A stretch of 58,581 nucleotides of DNA, the filler included, from Sphacelaria rigidula (lineage: Eukaryota): NCBI GenBank assembly GCA_964200075.2. It is 4 parts of 4 records of this genome, joined end to end, with 100 filler letters (N's around TTAATTAATTAA, not from the genome) between each part and the next. Parts side by side here need not be neighbours in the genome. Positions count along the whole stretch, not along the records: positions 29,344 to 43,913 come from CAXNAA020002174.1; positions 44,014 to 58,581 come from CAXNAA020002175.1; 2 more parts are not named here. One strand, written 5' to 3'. The position numbers were made by a program, and so were the translations under genes. A model generated the notes under the pieces. That model had not been told where the DNA came from and made no database searches. It saw nothing but the letters and a program-made list of their open reading frames with translations. Below, piece by piece: positions 38,273-49,351 of this stretch. How positions within the stretch are numbered: the first letter of the stretch is position 1; every line of letters begins with the position of its first letter.

Positions 38273-38920
38273 CGGCTGCACAGCTTCCGCAGCTGTCTGG
38301 AACTTGATGTCCCAAAACGCCCCGAAGTATTCGTAGACCCTCTGGTTCGTTGAACTCGTGCAATCTCGTCCAATCGTATTGCCTTTTATCAATTGTTTTG
38401 GCTAGGTTAATTCACTCTTGCTTTGGACGTTTGCAGTGGCGTGCTGATGAACCATCTCGGATGAACTCGTGTATGAAGTCGTTGGTGGCGCTCTACTTGG
38501 GTTGTATGTAACGCAGTGCAATGCGGTGGGGAACAACGCAATACCACGCACAGACAGGAAGACAAAGCCTACCTAGTCCATGCTTACTCTTTACTGTTCC
38601 GCGTACTCTACCATGATTGAGGCAATCCGAAAAGAGAGTACAAGCATACCATGGTGCAGTTGTTTTTGCTATCGAAACCAATGAGGGCACGCAACTGTGG
38701 AGCAGCGCGGTTGTGTTGTTTCGTACTCGTGGGAAGAAGGGTCATGTTGCAGTGTGGATTTTCTCATACTTGTGCGAAGCACACTATTTACCATATATAA
38801 ATGGAGTGACGCGACCAAATGACACCTCAAACCTCCCCACATTTGTTTTTTACGGAGGCGCATGCTACCTCTTTGGGGATCATGCCGGAGTTGACTCTAC
38901 ACAAGCACGGTTGGACACCA

Positions 38921-39378
38921 TGTCATGGTTCGATACTCACCGCCTAGCTGGGAATGGTGCCAGTTCAGTGGGCACCTGGGCTAGCGGGCTCAAGCATGAT
39001 CATGAATATGGGATCCATTGAGCTCGACGTTACCGAGTGCAGAGCCAGTCATGTTCGCAGCGTCGGACTGCATATACCCGATGAGCCGCTCGAACGCCAG
39101 AACAACAAGTCTTGCATGGAGGTCAGGCTTACATGTAGTGAAGACCAGAGAATCCTCTGAGATCGCAGTCCGTGATGGCGTAGATACTCTTGTATGATAG
39201 GCGTACAGGCTAACTTGTGCTTTGCTGGTGGAGATGTATAGTCCAAAACGCTGTGACACCGGGGGGCAGGCTGCTCAATCCAATCACACAATGTAGTATG
39301 ACCCATCAGGTACCAAGCATGACAAAGTATGACACATGGAACCTAGTCGACTGGAAAATGACCAATAAATCTGTAACA
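38921..39378 (+). mobile_element. Probable solo LTR (same family as 33285-33737)
   Basis: TGTCATGGTT...AATAAATCTGTAACA; diverged homologue. Confidence 0.7.
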
Positions 39379-39380
39379 CA

Positions 39381-39595
39381 TAAGCCGTGGTTGCATGTGT
39401 GCGTGTATTCTAGCGCGGGGGGGTGTAGCAGTCCCTTTTCGTCGTCGACCATCAAGTCGAATTTGTTCTACTCACGACATGGTCGCTCTCCACTGTTTGG
39501 CATTGTGTGAGAAAAAATCCCAGACTTCTCCAAGATTCGAACCCACGACCCAACCGTCAGAAGGCTTGGAGGGTACCGACCGAGCCACCGGGGTG
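39381..39595 (-). mobile_element. tRNA-derived SINE
   Basis: Minus-strand head caccccggTGGCTCGGTCGGtacc...GGTTCGAATCttgg has A- and B-box spacing but no cloverleaf, followed by a unique body. Confidence 0.65.
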
Positions 39596-39616
39596 AGGCT
39601 GTATCCATGAATAACC

Positions 39617-39909
39617 CTTAGACCGTGATGCGGGTAGTCCATCTGGATCACGAACACTTTTTTCCAGTGAAATTGATGCCGATTCCACGGGTGATCTACC
39701 CTCGCGGTGAAAGGGTTGACCTCTTGGCCGCGAGGGTAGGTCACCTGCTGAATCGGCATCAATTTTCACTTGAAAAAAGTATGCATGATCCAAATGGACT
39801 ACCCGCACCGCGGTCTAACCTTGGAACGCGAGGAGGGTAGGTCACCTGCTGAATCGGCATCATTTTTCACTTGAAAAGCTTATGCGTGATCCAGATAGAC
39901 GACCCGCAC
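39617..39909. mobile_element. Cluster of 3 piggyBac-type MITEs (forward, reverse, reverse)
   Basis: cccttagaccgtg...cgcggtgaaaggg-ttga-cctcttggccgcg...; same unit as 1028-2235. Confidence 0.8.
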
Positions 39910-39910
39910 A

Positions 39911-42900
39911 GCTACACACAGAATCTTCCAAAATTGGGTTGGGCTGCTCATCAGAACAGGAGCAAGTCGATGCTACTGTTCGTCCCATTGTCTATCTGAG
40001 TCGCACCACTTTTCCGAGTGAGCAGAATTGGTCTGTCATGGAACAAGAGGCCGGCGCAGTTGTTTGGGGCGTGCGACGTCTGCGTCAGTATTTGTATAAC
40101 ATCCCGTTTGTGATTTATACCGATCATAAGTCTTTAGAAGGCCTCGCTAAAATGGCGGTAAACAACGCTAGGGTCCAACGCTGGTTCGAAATCCTGTCGT
40201 CTTACAACTTTCAACTGAAGTACCGCACAGGTCCCCAGAATGCAAACGCCGACTTTCTGTCACGCTTGCCCACACCAGCTCAACCTATCGATGAATCCCC
40301 CATGGGACGTATCACCGATCCCACCGAAGACGTTGTATATTTCATAAGCAGAAACGGACATAGAGGTCTCTAAATACCGCCTTCACGGAGAGAAACGCCG
40401 GTTTTAGGCATGGGTGGGCTGACGACCACAGCCCACGCATCAGTTCTAGACAGCTTGCAACCTCAATCGTTGTACTCAGTTTGGAACGGACTGTTAAGGA
40501 ATACTGTAGCTATGATCATTTTCGTGCAACTGGCCAGCGCATGGTTTTCGCAGTAGGTGTAAAACCGTTCTTTGCTGACTCCGTCTTACCAGTTCAAGTT
40601 CGAGATCTGATTCCGAGTAGGACTCGTGGACGGCAAACCGCCGAAACGGCCACCAAATTAGCCGTATCCGGTCCTGACCTTCCCCTGCCCCCACCCCGGT
40701 CCCCGATAGTTTCCTTGCGCCCCCGCAGCCTCCGCAACGCAAAACCTCCAGAAAATCGACCCCGACCGTGCCACCCTTGCCAATCATAGCCGAAACCACG
40801 GCTGTGCCCCCCTCCCTTGGTGATGATATTGCAAACACCACCACAACACCCTCCACGCTAATCGACGCAGGAGTAGACGTTAACGTAGTAGGCTCACCCT
40901 TAATTCCAAAATCACCGCTTCGTGCCGCCCCCGCCTCGAACCGACCCAACACGAAGTCGACGCTTCAATAGATCGCGTATTCGAGGAGCGTTTGACCCTC
41001 TTCTCCCACGCCGATTGGGCCCGGGAACAACAGGCAGAACCTGCTTGTAAATCAGCTATCCATTATCTATCTATAGATTGCCCATGTCCATTCTCAGAAA
41101 CCGAATTCTTTTTGCCAGTCGAGAATCTCAAAGCGCCCACACAGGATGAAGTTACTAAACTTCCAAGGAAAGGTATGCTACATACGGATGATGATGGTAT
41201 AGTTCTGTTGATTCGCCGGCCCCAAGCAGCCCTCCCCAGGGGGAAGCCTACAAGTCGACATGCCCGCTCGCTAGGTGATGAACCCATCCGCATCCATGTC
41301 TCGATGCTCCTGCGCCCATGGGCCCTACACGAATGCCATTCACAGGCATCGACTCATTTAGGCGCCATCAGGACTTCCCAGATGCTGGAACGATTTTATT
41401 GATGGATTTGTATGGATCAGTGCTGTCGTTGGTGGGTCAGGCGTTGTCTTTTGTGTCAGGCGCGAAAAACGTCTCGTCAAACAGTTCGTTGGCCGATTGT
41501 TTCCATGCCACTCCCAAACGGGCCTGGCGAAGTAGTTTCGTGGGACTATGTTGATCCTTTGCCCCTGACGGGTAGTAGGAATAAGTATATCTTGTTGTTT
41601 ACGGATAGATTGAGTCGAGATGCGGTGATGCACGCTGTCCCCGCCAGTAGCTATAACGCGGAAGGTACCGCCAACATTCTTGTATACACGTACATCCCAC
41701 CGTGGGGTGTGCCCATATGCTTACTGTCTGACAACGGCCCGCATTTTTCAGGCAAACTTTCAGCCGCCGTCAGTGATCTTTTGGGTGCCCATCGCATTTT
41801 TACTTGTTCATATCAGACACTTTCTACGATAGCCCCCACCCAAAAAGTGCATGGTTTTGGGAGGCAAAATCTTCACGTAAATCGACGTGAGAAAAGCCGA
41901 GCACAACGAGAAGCTGGGAATTTTCACGCTTGAGTTCGTTCTCGCCAATGTCGCCAATATGAGGCGGTTCATGTAGCCTGAACCCAAACATCAGGCGCTG
42001 TACGGCCATCTTTTTCATGACACTTTTGAGCAGATTTGGGGGGGGGGCTATCGTAGAAAGTGTCATCACCCTTCCATTAACGGTGGAACGGAACGAGTGA
42101 GCCACACGATGGCACAGATGCTTGCTGCTGTTGAAAATGAGAGACAGATGGACTGAGACCTGCACCTGCCCCTTGTCCTAATGAACTATAACAATTCAGT
42201 CAATGCCACTACGGGATTGTCGCCGAATGAAATGCATATTGGACGCATGCTTAGGTTACCTCGAACGGTATTCGAACGCCAAAATACAAGCGGACATCAG
42301 AGTCTGGATCGTGATGTTGTAGAGTATCATTTGTCGGTTAGATATCGTCTTCGTCTTGCATATGAAGTGGTACGAGAACAGAACCAAATCAATTTGGTCA
42401 AGGTGGCCAGGGCGAAGTCGATGTTGAATGATGTGATACATAACCGCCCGGTGTGGAAGGTAGGCCAATGGGCATGAGTGTATAACGATGTGAAGACCAT
42501 CAATCAAGGGGCAAGCTCGAAATCATCATCTTTGGACAAAGTGTTGAAGGCGAAACTATCCTTGAATTGGACTGGTCCTTGGGAAAGTTTAGCTGTTGGT
42601 CCAAGGGCTACCGCACCCGACAAGAGTCCGGTGGGAGCGAACATTTTGTATGTAGATTTTCCCACGGATAAACCTGGTTTGAAACCGAAAAATCGCGTCT
42701 CGATGCTACGATGCAAACCATGTATCCCCCCTCATGACTCCTCTGACATGCCCAAACAACTGCCGCTAGGGCTTAGCCGGTATGTGTTGACCAAGTATGC
42801 GATCAAAACTCCGCCGTATCATATGACGGTCGAGGATGCGGACGTACCCCTGGAACGCGTTGAGGTAGATAGGATTTCGGGCCATCAACTGGTTCGCGGT

Positions 42901-43446
42901 CGTGGAGGTAAGGTAGCGGTAATGTATCAAACACATTGGAAGGGTATCATGCGTCTTACATGTGAGCGTGAAGTTGATTTGCGTCATTTTCGTCGAGAAG
43001 TATTGCTGTACTGGGTAGGAGATACCGTCCAACACCGCCCGTTGAATAAGAGATATCGGTCGCTGTGCAAGGGAGCTGCCGCTCTGGAACTGGCACGTGA
43101 ACACTCGGCGCGGTTTGTTGTGACAGGCTATCGCCTTCTTCCGCGTTCACAATACATGCAGTCTTTTCACGGACAATGCTTGCCGAAGGAAGCGCACTTT
43201 TGGTATCAGGCCTTGGATTCACTGTGGTGGTTGGGTAAAATTCATTTGGTCGATCCTGCATCTGACCACAACTACTTTATTTGTTTCCTCGATGATCCGA
43301 GCCCCCTTAAGATTCTCTTGGAGGATGCCTACTACACCGAGGAGCCGACCGCTCGGAGGGGATCCTGGTGCCTCCAACGACACGACCAAGGCGAACTCGA
43401 AACAGCCGTTCTACGGAACACGGACACCGATGCAGATGACTCATGA
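39911..43446 (+). mobile_element. Decayed Ty3/Gypsy (chromovirus-like) pol: RNase H, Pro-rich spacer, integrase, chromodomain and extra domain
   Basis: RPIVYLSR, EQEAGAV, YTDHKSL, NADFLSR; HHCC finger (ECHSQASTHLG...CLLCQ); core WDYVDPLP, SDNGPHF, YHPS.NGGTERV; chromo-like VDRISGHQLVRGRGGKVAVMYQTHWKG...EREVDL. Several premature stops. Confidence 0.92.
41816..42064. mobile_element. MITE (249 bp, 22-bp TIR) with 4-bp TSD inserted in the integrase
   Basis: ATCA-gacactttctacgatagccccc...gggggctatcgtagaaagtgtc-ATCA. Removing it restores CSYHPSINGGTERV. Confidence 0.9.
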
Positions 43447-43913
43447 TGTCGCATCCGAGTCTGCTCCCCGATTCACCTTGCGTAGTGTACCACGTTCGAG
43501 TCGCTTGTCTTGCACCGTAGCGTCGTTGGCAAACCATATGTTGCCCTCCCCCCCCCTTCATTTGTTTTCGTAGTGACTAGCCCCGTACTTGTGGTGGTTG
43601 TATGTTGTATTTGGTATTTTGTTTTTTCATTTGGTATTTGGTATTTTGTGTTTTTTGGCTTTGGACCCTGATTGTGTGTGTGTGTTTTTTCTTTTGCCTT
43701 TGCATCGTTTATTTTTATTGCTTTTGTCTTTGTTTTTTGTTTCTTCCTTCTTCTTTTTTTTTCTCTTTTCGCCTCGTGCTTCGTGTTCGATGTTTTTTGT
43801 GTTCAATGGGTAATTCTCTTGGGAATTTCTGGGTTCATTTGGCGACGTACAAGTAACAGCCGATTTTATATTTTGGGGTTCATACAAAATATGGGGCTGA
43901 AGTGGCATATCTG

Positions 43914-44013
43914 NNNNNNNNNNNNNNNNNNNNNNNNNNNNNNNNNNNNNNNNNNNNTTAATTAATTAANNNNNNNNNNNNNNNNNNNNNNNNNNNNNNN
44001 NNNNNNNNNNNNN
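43914..44013. other. Assembly gap with artificial linker
   Basis: N44-TTAATTAATTAA-N44. Confidence 0.95.
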
Positions 44014-44584
44014 TGCACACCCCTCCGCCCTCACCCTATTTTTGTCAGTTTTCTTGTTTTTGGGGGGGGGGGGGGGGGCAAGAGGAATACAAATACTCAC
44101 TCGTATGTAAAAGTAATACTAACGTTAATTTCCGCCAGGTGTGACTTATTGGGTCTATGTATCACTTACAGAGAATCATCAGTCTTTTTAAAAACACAAG
44201 CGAATAGACGAAAAAAAGCTATGATGAAAGATGTGAACGCTCTGCTCGTTCTCATGAACAGTTGTGATACGACGAAAAGGAGAAACTCCACAATGAAGCA
44301 TCCTTTACATATCCATTCAGGCATGAATATTTGTCCCATAACACTGCTACCTATACCAGCGCGTGTATTTTTCATGCACCTACACAGATATATCAACAGG
44401 ACAGGACGTCATTTCGAGTGAGCAGAGGACCTGAAAAAACGATATACTGCAGGATTTGGAGTGGCTGAACTTCAGAAGAAAAAACCATCACCCTGCTTCG
44501 ACGTATTTTTACGTTTTGATTTATCCTCCGCTTGTGTTGTTCGAAACCATTTTGGTCTATCTCAAGAAAACAGTATAATGCAGG

Positions 44585-44650
44585 ACATGATCACGGCTGA
44601 ATCCCTGGGGGGTTAGTTCAAATGCGACAATCAATCCATCATAATCAATC
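44585..44650 (+). mobile_element. 3' end of a second retroposon family with (TCAA)n tail
   Basis: acggctgaatcc...aatgcgacaatcaatccatc; homologue at ~49080-49141 ends caatcaatcaatca. Confidence 0.5.
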
Positions 44651-45021
44651 ACTGAAGTGGCGGAGTCTCCGAAAACAACAAAATGACCCTGCCTCCATGT
44701 GCGACGTTTTCCTAGAGCCTATGCACAATTTTTCTTTGCAATAATTTTGGTCCACGTCTCATCACCAACGATCACCAACGATCGTGGGGAACTAAACTGT
44801 AGCCCAGGAATCGTCGGTCGGTACGGAGCAAGAATGAAATAAATAAATAAAACAAAGGCTCTAGCCTTGATGTGTGTGTGTGTGGGGGGGGGGGGGGGGG
44901 GGGGGGGGGTGCTTTCCTTTGGTGCCTGCCCTTTGGCCCCGCCTCCTTTCGCAGATGGCCCTTCGAAGTTGGGGAACACANNNNNNNNNNGAGGAAGAGG
45001 GGAAGAGGGGTGTACGTGACG

Positions 45022-45038
45022 GTGGGGGGGGGGGGGGT

Positions 45039-45081
<43 letters not shown>

Positions 45082-45540
45082 GGGGGGGGTACTTATTTGT
45101 TGCTCGCCTTGCTCGTTTGACCATTGGCCACGCATCCCTTTCGAGACGAGCACCGCTCCTACTCCTGATGGAGCCACCTCCAACATTCCGGTGCTCATTA
45201 CATTTCTTCCGTACATTACACAAAAACTTTTACACATCTTATCTTCGTCCTGTTCCGCCGTCTCTGGCCACCATTCATCTCTTAGTATAACTGTGTAATG
45301 CATCAAACGATTTCATGCCACTTTCGTTCACGTCCCGCATTGCCGCCTCTAGCACGTCCCATTCCTCCCTGTATAGTTTACATTCTGCCACTAAATGCGT
45401 TTTGCTCTCCATTCTCTTGCCACAGAAGTATTTCTGTCCAACTACTTCCTCCTTTCGACAACTGGTATATCTTTTCCTTCTTTCTGGCAGGTCCAGGTCC
45501 CCCACCCGAAATCGCAGTTTCATATTTTTTGCAGCATGTG
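45022..45540 (-). mobile_element. 5'-truncated LINE: C-terminal zinc-finger-like region with long poly(C) tail
   Basis: KLRFRVGDLDLPERRKRYTS...FCGKRMESKTHLVAECKLYREE fits the non-LTR ORF2 C-terminal Cys/His motif. It runs into ...KGCVANGQT...NK* and a ~65-nt C-rich tail (G-run on plus). Confidence 0.8.
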
Positions 45541-45628
45541 GGGGGGGAGGGGGGGGGGCGTTCTCATGTGTTGCTTGCCTTAGTCGCCTGACCATTGACC
45601 ACGCATCCCTTTCGAGATGGAGCATCAC
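45540..45628 (-). mobile_element. Short LINE 3' copy whose C-tail abuts the next copy
   Basis: C6, then atgtgatgctccatctcgaaagggatgcgtggtcaatggtc...tgagaacg, then a C-run. Confidence 0.75.
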
Positions 45629-46285
45629 ATGGGGGGAGCAAAGGTCGTGCTTACGTAGCACAGATGTTGTGACTTTCAAGAAAAAATATCGACAAAAAAT
45701 ACACGAATAAACAAAGGCACACACGCTCGAACCATGCTCACCACGTGCGCGTGTGGGCATTATCGGTAGATCCATCCGAGACACTCCCCGTACCAACATA
45801 ACTACATTCCAAAACCCGGTGCATGTGTGTAAGTGTGAAGCTATAATAATAGCACAGTAGTCATTATTACGGGTAGAGTTTTGAGATCGTACTCGACATT
45901 ACGCAGATATTGGGTAGAACACGTTACATAAGAATAATATATGTAAAATATTTGACTAATTTTTTGTTGAAGATTGTTTGAGGATGGTTGGTTACTTGGT
46001 GGGTTGGGATTGAATTTTGATTTTTTTGGACAAGGGAGAGACAATATGTACCGAAATGTACCAACCTGACCAAAACTATGCTACACCGAACCAAACTAAA
46101 CACTCACGCTCCAGATGACGTCAAACGGTCGTGTCCCCGCCGTGGCGAAGATGATATAGCACCCCCTCTCCAACGATACTGTTACTGTTTGCACCTCCTC
46201 CTGAAAATCCTGTCAAAGCCGTTGTTGGACGTACAGGGTTTCGACAAGGCGTGGGAAGCGGGCAGGCGGGTGAGGGAACGATGGG

Positions 46286-46372
46286 ACGGGGGGGAAGATG
46301 GGTACGTTTTTGTTGCTCGCCCAAGTCAGTTCACCATTGACCACGCACTCCTCTCGAGGAGGAGCACCGTTC
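46286..46372 (-). mobile_element. Diverged short LINE 3' copy
   Basis: ggtgctcctcctcgagaggagtgcgtggtcaatggtga...gagcaacaaaaacgtacc...ccccccc. Confidence 0.6.
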
Positions 46373-46629
46373 CACGGTTCGGACGGATCATCTCCGGTTC
46401 GAGTGTGACCAAATCCACGACTTTTGACGCCTGACTGCTCGAAAGAGAGGAAAACTTTGACCGCTAATCGAAGAGGTCTCCACGCATTCTTTTGCGCCAT
46501 TCCACGTGCCTGGGCTGCGCGTACCTGGGTTGCAAAGCTGAACACAAAACCCAAGGATTGATTCGTACGACACGAGTCCATTACACTAAAATCAAGTCAT
46601 TTCCAGACGAATCATCGACTCCTCCGACC

Positions 46630-46793
46630 CTTGCACCGTGCCCACCCCTGATAGAGTCCTAGTACAGACACGTCAACATATGGACGCTCATGACGCTCAT
46701 TCCATACATTACGTGACAAAAAACCTTTTGCATATTTTGAACCCAATCTATCTTCTGGTAGCGCGATTATTTTCTCGCTACTGTTGTTGTCCA
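46630..46793 (-). mobile_element. Old LINE fragment of the same family
   Basis: DNNSSEKIIAL...NVWNERHERPYV matches the C-terminal ORF region of the 45 kb copy. Confidence 0.5.
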
Positions 46794-47070
46794 CGAGCTG
46801 GGCCAGCAGTGACCCCAGCATTCGCTCTCCACACCACAACTTATCAAGCTTAACGAATCAGCCCGACTCGGGCATATCGCTGTGAACTGTAGATCAACGT
46901 GGTACCGCACGGCACCGCCACTGAATGAAGAAAAAGTTGAAAATTTTACTGCATAATACATGACCTGAACGACGAAATGAAGAAAAAAAAATCGTCGGGA
47001 TTCGAACTCGTTGCCTACATAACCGGAGTCTCCTGCATCCCTTGCTTGAATGATAGTGGCGCAGCGGTGT
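46794..47070. mobile_element. Left end of CGAGCTGGGCCAGC-TIR element with embedded B-box
   Basis: TIR at 46794; aligns with 4287-4500. A reverse-oriented TIR followed by TA lies at ~49832-49848. Confidence 0.6.
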
Positions 47071-47508
47071 CACACAAGAAGTGCCCGCCCGGCTGCGCTC
47101 TATTGAAGGTATTTTCGGCAGTATCTCCTGCATTCGAGTGCCCACAACGTATAAGAGGGGTGCCGCCGTATGTCTTTTCTTCACGGAGTTGTACGTAACA
47201 TCTTTCCTGTTTTCGATGGAACGTCGAATAGCTCCAACTTTCTGCTTTGGTTGTTGTTGTTGTTTTTCTCGAAAGTGTTGCGTCCTGATGATAAAAATCA
47301 AATTTCAGTTTCATGTCATCTTCCTTCCCTTCCCACATTTAGGAGGGGGGGGGGGGGGGGGGGGCGTCCCCTTTTTTTGTTTTTATTTGGGGGGGGGGGG
47401 GGCCCCTAATTCCGCCTGCCAAAATTTGAAAATGGTNNNNNNNNNNTTTTTTTTCGGGCAGGTGGGTCTGCAGCTGTCGTTAGGTTCCGCTGGCGCTCTC
47501 ACGGGTGC

Positions 47509-47590
47509 AGTACCCATGATCATGCATGCCATAATCGTAATATCGTTGACCTCGCATCCCTACAGAGCCGGGATGGAGCACGCCGGGTTT
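47509..47590 (-). mobile_element. LINE 3' fragment (variant B)
   Basis: gtgctccatcccggctctgtagggatgcgaggtcaacgat...tatggcatgcatgatcatgggtac. Confidence 0.6.
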
Positions 47591-48305
47591 TTGCTCGCAA
47601 TCAATCACCAAGCGCAACCCGCCGTGATGTGTTCGGCGAGTCGCATGAGGGGTGAGCTGCATCCTGCCAAGATTGTTCGGCCGGGAGCCTTCTGTTAATC
47701 TTGCATTTGGATGACAGCCTACAATCGGTTGCTTTATTTTCTGGTATCGTCACTTCCCGAGACAGCCACCTCTTCTAAACTGCCTCACGGGGGGGGGGAG
47801 GTGCTATCTAAGCGTCGAAGTAGACAGACAGGAATGACTACAGAGTTTATGAAAACACCTGAGGGATATGCGTTGGCCTATAATTGCTAGGGTGGCTTGA
47901 CCATCCACGGACACTATGCAGCTGGAGCATGATATATACATACCTCGTATATCCCACCGGCGGCGACTTTCGCCGACCTCTGCCCGCTTTGCCCCGGCAC
48001 AGGGATGCCCACAATCATTGTCCATGTAGCGCCGTTCCAGTCTGCAGAGGTATTTCCACTCTCCGCTGTCTGTCATGCCAGGGGATCGGATGGAATAAAT
48101 ACATGATCGATCGTCTCAATTGTCGGAGCGCCCACGTGCAGGTGGTTTTCTGTTGGCGAGTCGAATGAAGGGTGACCTGCGTCCTGCTGACATTGTTGGG
48201 CCTGAAGCCCACTGATTATCTTGCGTTTGGATGATGACCTACAACGAGCGGCTTGACTTTCTGATATCGCTACCTCCAGGGACAGCCACGGGTTACGCAC
48301 CGTCT

Positions 48306-48560
48306 GGGGGGGTTGGAACGAGGAGCGTACTCATTTGTTGGTTGTTTCAGTCGTTTGACCAGTGACCACGTATTCCTTTCGACACGGAGCACTCGGGGGG
48401 GGGCGGGGGGGGGGCGTACTCATTTGTTGCTTGCCTTGGTCATTTGACCATTGACCACGCATCCCTTTCGACACGGAGCACCGGGGGGGGGGGGACTCAT
48501 TTGTTGCTTGCCTCAAGTCGTTCGACTATTGACCACGCATCCCTTTCGAGACGGAGCACG
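48306..48560 (-). mobile_element. Three head-to-tail ~65-bp LINE 3' units separated by C-runs
   Basis: Each unit starts gtgctccgt and ends aacaaatgagt(acg), followed by a C-rich run. Confidence 0.8.
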
Positions 48561-49272
48561 GATAGTCTATATACAAATCATCAGGCCGCCAGACGTGGCG
48601 AGACTTGTAAAAATCAAGTTGACCCACGTCCAAAACGTATGTTCCTCGGGTCGGCTGGAGCGAGGAGTGCCCACCGTGGAGATGGCGTGTTCAACAGTGG
48701 CAGTAGACGAAAAAAAATTCTGAGGAAAGTATAGGCATTTCCACTGTTTCACCGGACATTGTTACGAGTTCTGCAGGTAACGGGCGGCTTGCAGAGACCG
48801 CCACACTGCTCTGATGGTGATGTTTGCAAGGTTCTGTTTTGTAGGGTATACCCGCTGAAACTCGGGTATTTACTCAAGTATGTATATATATATATTCCCC
48901 TTTATTTTCCCTTTTTTGTTGTAGTCCGGCCATTTCTTTTTATGCTTTGCTTTTGTAAAATTATTATAATATATATATATTAACGTCCTAGTCTACTTCG
49001 TCGTTCTGTTCGAATGTTTTTCTTGGTTTCCTTTATTTCTTCAGAGACTGTTTCGGTTCTGTTTTGTCTTGAGTACGCGTATCATGTGACAACGGCTGGA
49101 TTCCTGGAGGCTCAGTTAAAGTGCGACAATCAATCAATCATTAGAGAGGTATTTTCATCCTTTATTTCCTCCTCCTAATTTGTCGCACTCCAAATCCCTC
49201 CCCATCCTCGGCACGAGTCCGTGATCTCAAGGGATCAACTCATCTCTCATCTCTCCCCGGAATAAAACAAAG

Positions 49273-49351
49273 ATGCTCCGCCTTGAAAGGGATGCGTGGT
49301 CAGTGGTCAAACAATCAGGGCGAGTAACCAATGACTACGCCCCGCCCCCCC
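49273..49351 (+). mobile_element. Short LINE 3' copy with C-tail
   Basis: atgctccgccttgaaagggatgcgtggtcagtggtcaaac...aatgactacgccccgccccccc. Confidence 0.7.

Noticed and set aside
37739-38392. Cys/Leu/Val-rich ORFs of 150-217 aa
   Set aside because: They are translations of the (CAA)n microsatellite.
33285-39378. One intact 6.1-kb LTR retrotransposon bounded by the two LTR copies
   Set aside because: The outer flanks (TCTTC / CATAA) are not a TSD, the copies are substantially diverged, no PBS or PPT is seen, and the interior is mixed debris. Two solo LTRs fit better, though this is not proven.
39520-39595. tRNA gene
   Set aside because: A and B boxes are present but there is no acceptor or anticodon stem; it is a SINE head.
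44719-45306. Poly-Pro/poly-Gly ORFs (extensin- or formin-like)
   Set aside because: They are translations of LINE poly(C) tails next to a 10-N gap.
48015-48300. LINE endonuclease remnant (TIDHVFI motif, minus strand)
   Set aside because: Only one short motif among stops and frameshifts; too weak to call without a search.
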